From Stylophora pistillata (lineage: Eukaryota), in contig NW_019217794.1 of NCBI RefSeq assembly GCF_002571385.2, positions 1,220,977-1,284,976 on the forward strand: a stretch of DNA of 64,000 nt. Reading direction: 5' to 3'. This document shows, piece after piece, positions 60,845 through 64,000 of this stretch (the stretch's first letter is position 1; the number at the start of each line of letters is the position of its first letter). The notes under the pieces were generated by a model. The model did not search any database. It had not been told where the DNA came from and saw only the letters and a list, made by a program, of their open reading frames with translations. The position numbers and the translations under genes were made by a program.

Positions 60845-61595
60845 NNNNNNNNNNNNNNNNNNNNNNNNNNNNNNNNNNNNNNNNNNNNNNNNNNNNNNNN
60901 NNNNNNNNNNNNNNNNNNNNNNNNNNNNNNNNNNNNNNNNNNNNNNNNNNNNNNNNNNNNNNNNNNNNNNNNNNNNNNNNNNNNNNNNNNNNNNNNNNNN
61001 NNNNNNNNNNNNNNNNNNNNNNNNNNNNNNNNNNNNNNNNNNNNNNNNNNNNNNNNNNNNNNNNNNNNNNNNNNNNNNNNNNNNNNNNNNNNNNNNNNNN
61101 NNNNNNNNNNNNNNNNNNNNNNNNNNNNNNNNNNNNNNNNNNNNNNNNNNNNNNNNNNNNNNNNNNNNNNNNNNNNNNNNNNNNNNNNNNNNNNNNNNNN
61201 NNNNNNNNNNNNNNNNNNNNNNNNNNNNNNNNNNNNNNNNNNNNNNNNNNNNNNNNNNNNNNNNNNNNNNNNNNNNNNNNNNNNNNNNNNNNNNNNNNNN
61301 NNNNNNNNNNNNNNNNNNNNNNNNNNNNNNNNNNNNNNNNNNNNNNNNNNNNNNNNNNNNNNNNNNNNNNNNNNNNNNNNNNNNNNNNNNNNNNNNNNNN
61401 NNNNNNNNNNNNNNNNNNNNNNNNNNNNNNNNNNNNNNNNNNNNNNNNNNNNNNNNNNNNNNNNNNNNNNNNNNNNNNNNNNNNNNNNNNNNNNNNNNNN
61501 NNNNNNNNNNNNNNNNNNNNNNNNNNNNNNNNNNNNNNNNNNNNNNNNNNNNNNNNNNNNNNNNNNNNNNNNNNNNNNNNNNNNNNNNNNNNNNN

Positions 61596-61640
61596 AACAA
61601 GTGCGAGTGGAATAATTGTTTTATTTAAAAAAACGCTCCT

Positions 61641-61673
<33 letters not shown>

Positions 61674-61724
61674 GTAAGAAGAAACCGGATGTTACAATGT
61701 ACAGATATTAGATTATGGTATATG

Positions 61725-61766
<42 letters not shown>

Positions 61767-61800
61767 CTGCATTATCCAATGATCCAGTTTTTAATAATAA
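61596..61800. repeat. Dispersed AT-rich repeat fragments beside the gap
   Basis: AACAAGTGCGAGTGGAATAATTGTTTTATT and ATACCATAATGGCTAAGCCAAT...TTATCCAATGATCCAGTTTTTAAT resemble common anthozoan repeat ends (recognition only). Confidence 0.4.
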
Positions 61801-63375
61801 GATATATTTATTATCCAACTGTGCTTCGTAGAGTACAAATAACGCGCGAGACGAGTACAAACTTATTACTGGGTATTATCCAGTCTAAAACACTTATCTA
61901 GTTTTAAAATTTTCTTTTAACATCCACCAATGCTATGAAATTTCGAAGGCAAGAAAATGTAAATTTGTACTCGGGCTGATAAAACAGCATTACTTCCGGT
62001 GAAAATGAACAGGAATATTAAATTTTGGCACAGTTTGAAAGTTAGACCTGGGCAAAGGGAGGCAAAGGGGAGACAAAAGGGCATAAAAGTACGGGAGGCG
62101 GGAGAACGAGGCACGGGAAGGGGGAGACTCTGACCCCCTGTCCCCCTTCCCCCCACTTTGACGGCAAATTCTACTTGATAAAAATATATAGATTCGTTTA
62201 GTTTTTTGTCTGTATTCTAAAAAGTGGTGTTTTCAATTTCTCTGACAGTAAATGATAAAAACCTACAAGTAATTTATTTTCTAACGGAAAAATTCTTCTT
62301 CAGTTAATCCAAAATTGACAAACAAGATTCAAATTGAAGCCAAGTTATGAGCTTAAAGTTAAAAGTCCGTGGCATTACGCCGAACAGACTTGCAGAGGTC
62401 GAAAGGATATAATCATCCTTATTTACTTCGATTTAGGGCTGTTTTGTCTTTTCATCTTATGGGAAATGAAATGGAATGGTCTTTTCTAACCGATAACTGG
62501 ACTCTACTTTAGATGTTAAGGGGATGTGCTCAAAGTTTTGTTCCATTGTACATTTTGAAAAAATAATGAAAAAAATACTGTACCATTTATTTCTCAAGTT
62601 CCCACCGTTCATGTTTGTTGTTGTAACTATGGAAACAAGCCTCAGGAGTTGTTAATTAAAATACCATTAAACTAACTAAGACTTGATTGGGGCTTAACTA
62701 GATTTTGTAGCTTTGCAGACATGTTAACGGTGTCACATTTCGTGAGCTTTCCAGCAGGTCTTCATTGTAGGACGCTCGTTTCTCTGCCCGCTGGAAGATT
62801 TAAGACCAATCTTGTCAGAAGGAGGTTTTTCGGGGTCTGGCACTGGTAATCAGTGCTTGACTCGATCCCCTGGCAGACCTCTCGCCTGGTTGCGTTCCTC
62901 AAGACCGCGCTAAGCTCGTGCCGTAGCACTAATAATAAAGGCCTTCTCTATTCCACCGCTTAAAGTCTAAAAAGCCATAGAATCTCAGCTACAATGAGCG
63001 ATTTTACACGGCAAAAATCAAAACCAAACGAAATGAAATATAATTCTGGACTAGAACCGACCGCCTCTCTAACCAGGGGCCTTTTCTTTTTTCTTTTACT
63101 GGGAGAAAAGTCTGATCTGTGCAAAAGGAGTAGGGTAGCTCCGTTAGTTATGTTTTAAAAAAAAAGAGCTTAACTGATCCTCCAGAAAGAAAATTGCCAC
63201 CGAATTTTTTCCAACCGAATTGAATGCGCCCCTATATCTCATTGAAGCACTGCGCTTTTTGATCCTCGAAAGAAGTCAAGCATGGGAAGACATGGTCGTT
63301 TCTAGTTTTATCTCTAGTCATATTTAATACAACTATATATCTGGTCCTATTATCAGTGTTGACACTCCAACCCAA

Positions 63376-64000
63376 TTAAGGCCTCGGAAGCTCTGCTGCA
63401 TTTTCTATCTCTTTGACCATCTCTAAGAGGTCCTGAACGGCATCTGTCCTCTCAGGTGTCGGTGAAAGAGGCTCGGTAGTAGGGTTACGAGGAATGCCAC
63501 CAGCCAAAAGAACTTGGCCATTGTTAACAGCAATGATATTTTCCATTCCAAAGCTTTCCTCCTCTCCACTTTTCTCGCTACTTTCTTCACTGCCTTCCTC
63601 GTTTCCATTTTTTTCGCCACTTCCTTCCTTATCAATTTCAGTGCTGCTTTCCTTCTCCTCGTGTCCGTTACTGCTTCCCTCCTCTCCACTTTCTCCGCTG
63701 CTGCCCTCCTCCTCATTATCTTCGCTACTTCCTTCGCCCCCACTTTCTTCTGTGCTTCCTTCTTCTCCATGTACTTGGCTACTTCCCTCCATTCCACTTT
63801 TTCCACCGCTTCCTTCCATTCCATTCTCCCCACTGCCTTCTTCCATTCCACTTTCTTCGCTGTTTCCTTCTATTCTATTTTCTCTACTGCTTCCTCTCAT
63901 TCCACTTTCCCCACTGCTTCTTTCACTTCCATTTTCATGGCTGCTTCCTTCCATTCCATTTTTTCCACTGCTTCCTTCCAATCCATTCTCTCCACTGCCT
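63376..64000 (-). CDS. 3' part of an acidic Ser/Gly/Glu-rich protein with 9-aa (27-bp) tandem repeats
   Basis: Open frame running off the window. MEGSSGKNG/MEGSSHENG/...-type repeats about 15 times, then a unique ~55-aa C-terminus ending ELPRP*. Confidence 0.65.
   Translation of the reverse strand, partial: GSGENGLEGSSGKNGMEGSSHENGSERSSGESGMRGSSRENRIEGNSEESGMEEGSGENGMEGSGGKSGMEGSSQVHGEEGSTEESGGEGSSEDNEEEGSSGESGEEGSSNGHEEKESSTEIDKEGSGEKNGNEEGSEESSEKSGEEESFGMENIIAVNNGQVLLAGGIPRNPTTEPLSPTPERTDAVQDLLEMVKEIENAAELPRP

Noticed and set aside
63423-63851. 142-aa basic ORF
   Set aside because: Alternate frame of the 27-bp repeat; the acidic frame is longer and has a unique C-terminus.

Overview
Eukaryotic, intron-rich, AT-rich animal DNA with three assembly gaps. 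The repeat families and gene content suggest an anthozoan cnidarian, probably a stony coral (inference). Exons were joined by hand from GT/AG sites and reading frame. Genes: a CIRBP/RBM3-like RRM gene (-, only 2 coding exons found) head-to-head with an RBMX/hnRNP G-like gene (+, 7 exons); a HES/hairy bHLH-Orange-WRPW repressor (+, 4 exons); a GABA-B-family class C GPCR (-, 17 exons, ~799 aa); Greatwall/MASTL kinase (-, 14 exons, ~948 aa); and the 3' end of an acidic Ser/Gly/Glu 9-aa-repeat ORF at the right edge. Mobile DNA includes tRNA-SINEs, MITEs, L2/CR1-like, Penelope-like and DIRS fragments. The best leads are: (1) a 1.62-kb TIR transposon carrying a vertnin-like OTU protease relic; (2) four minimal hammerhead ribozyme motifs with compensatory changes; (3) a Notch/CSL paired site with 16-bp spacing plus four more CSL sites at HES; (4) one SINE body found with two different 3' tails; (5) candidate autoregulatory splicing in the two RRM genes; (6) a GABA-B-like receptor lacking the GABA amine-binding residues. 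None of these is a proven new system; all need the stated checks.
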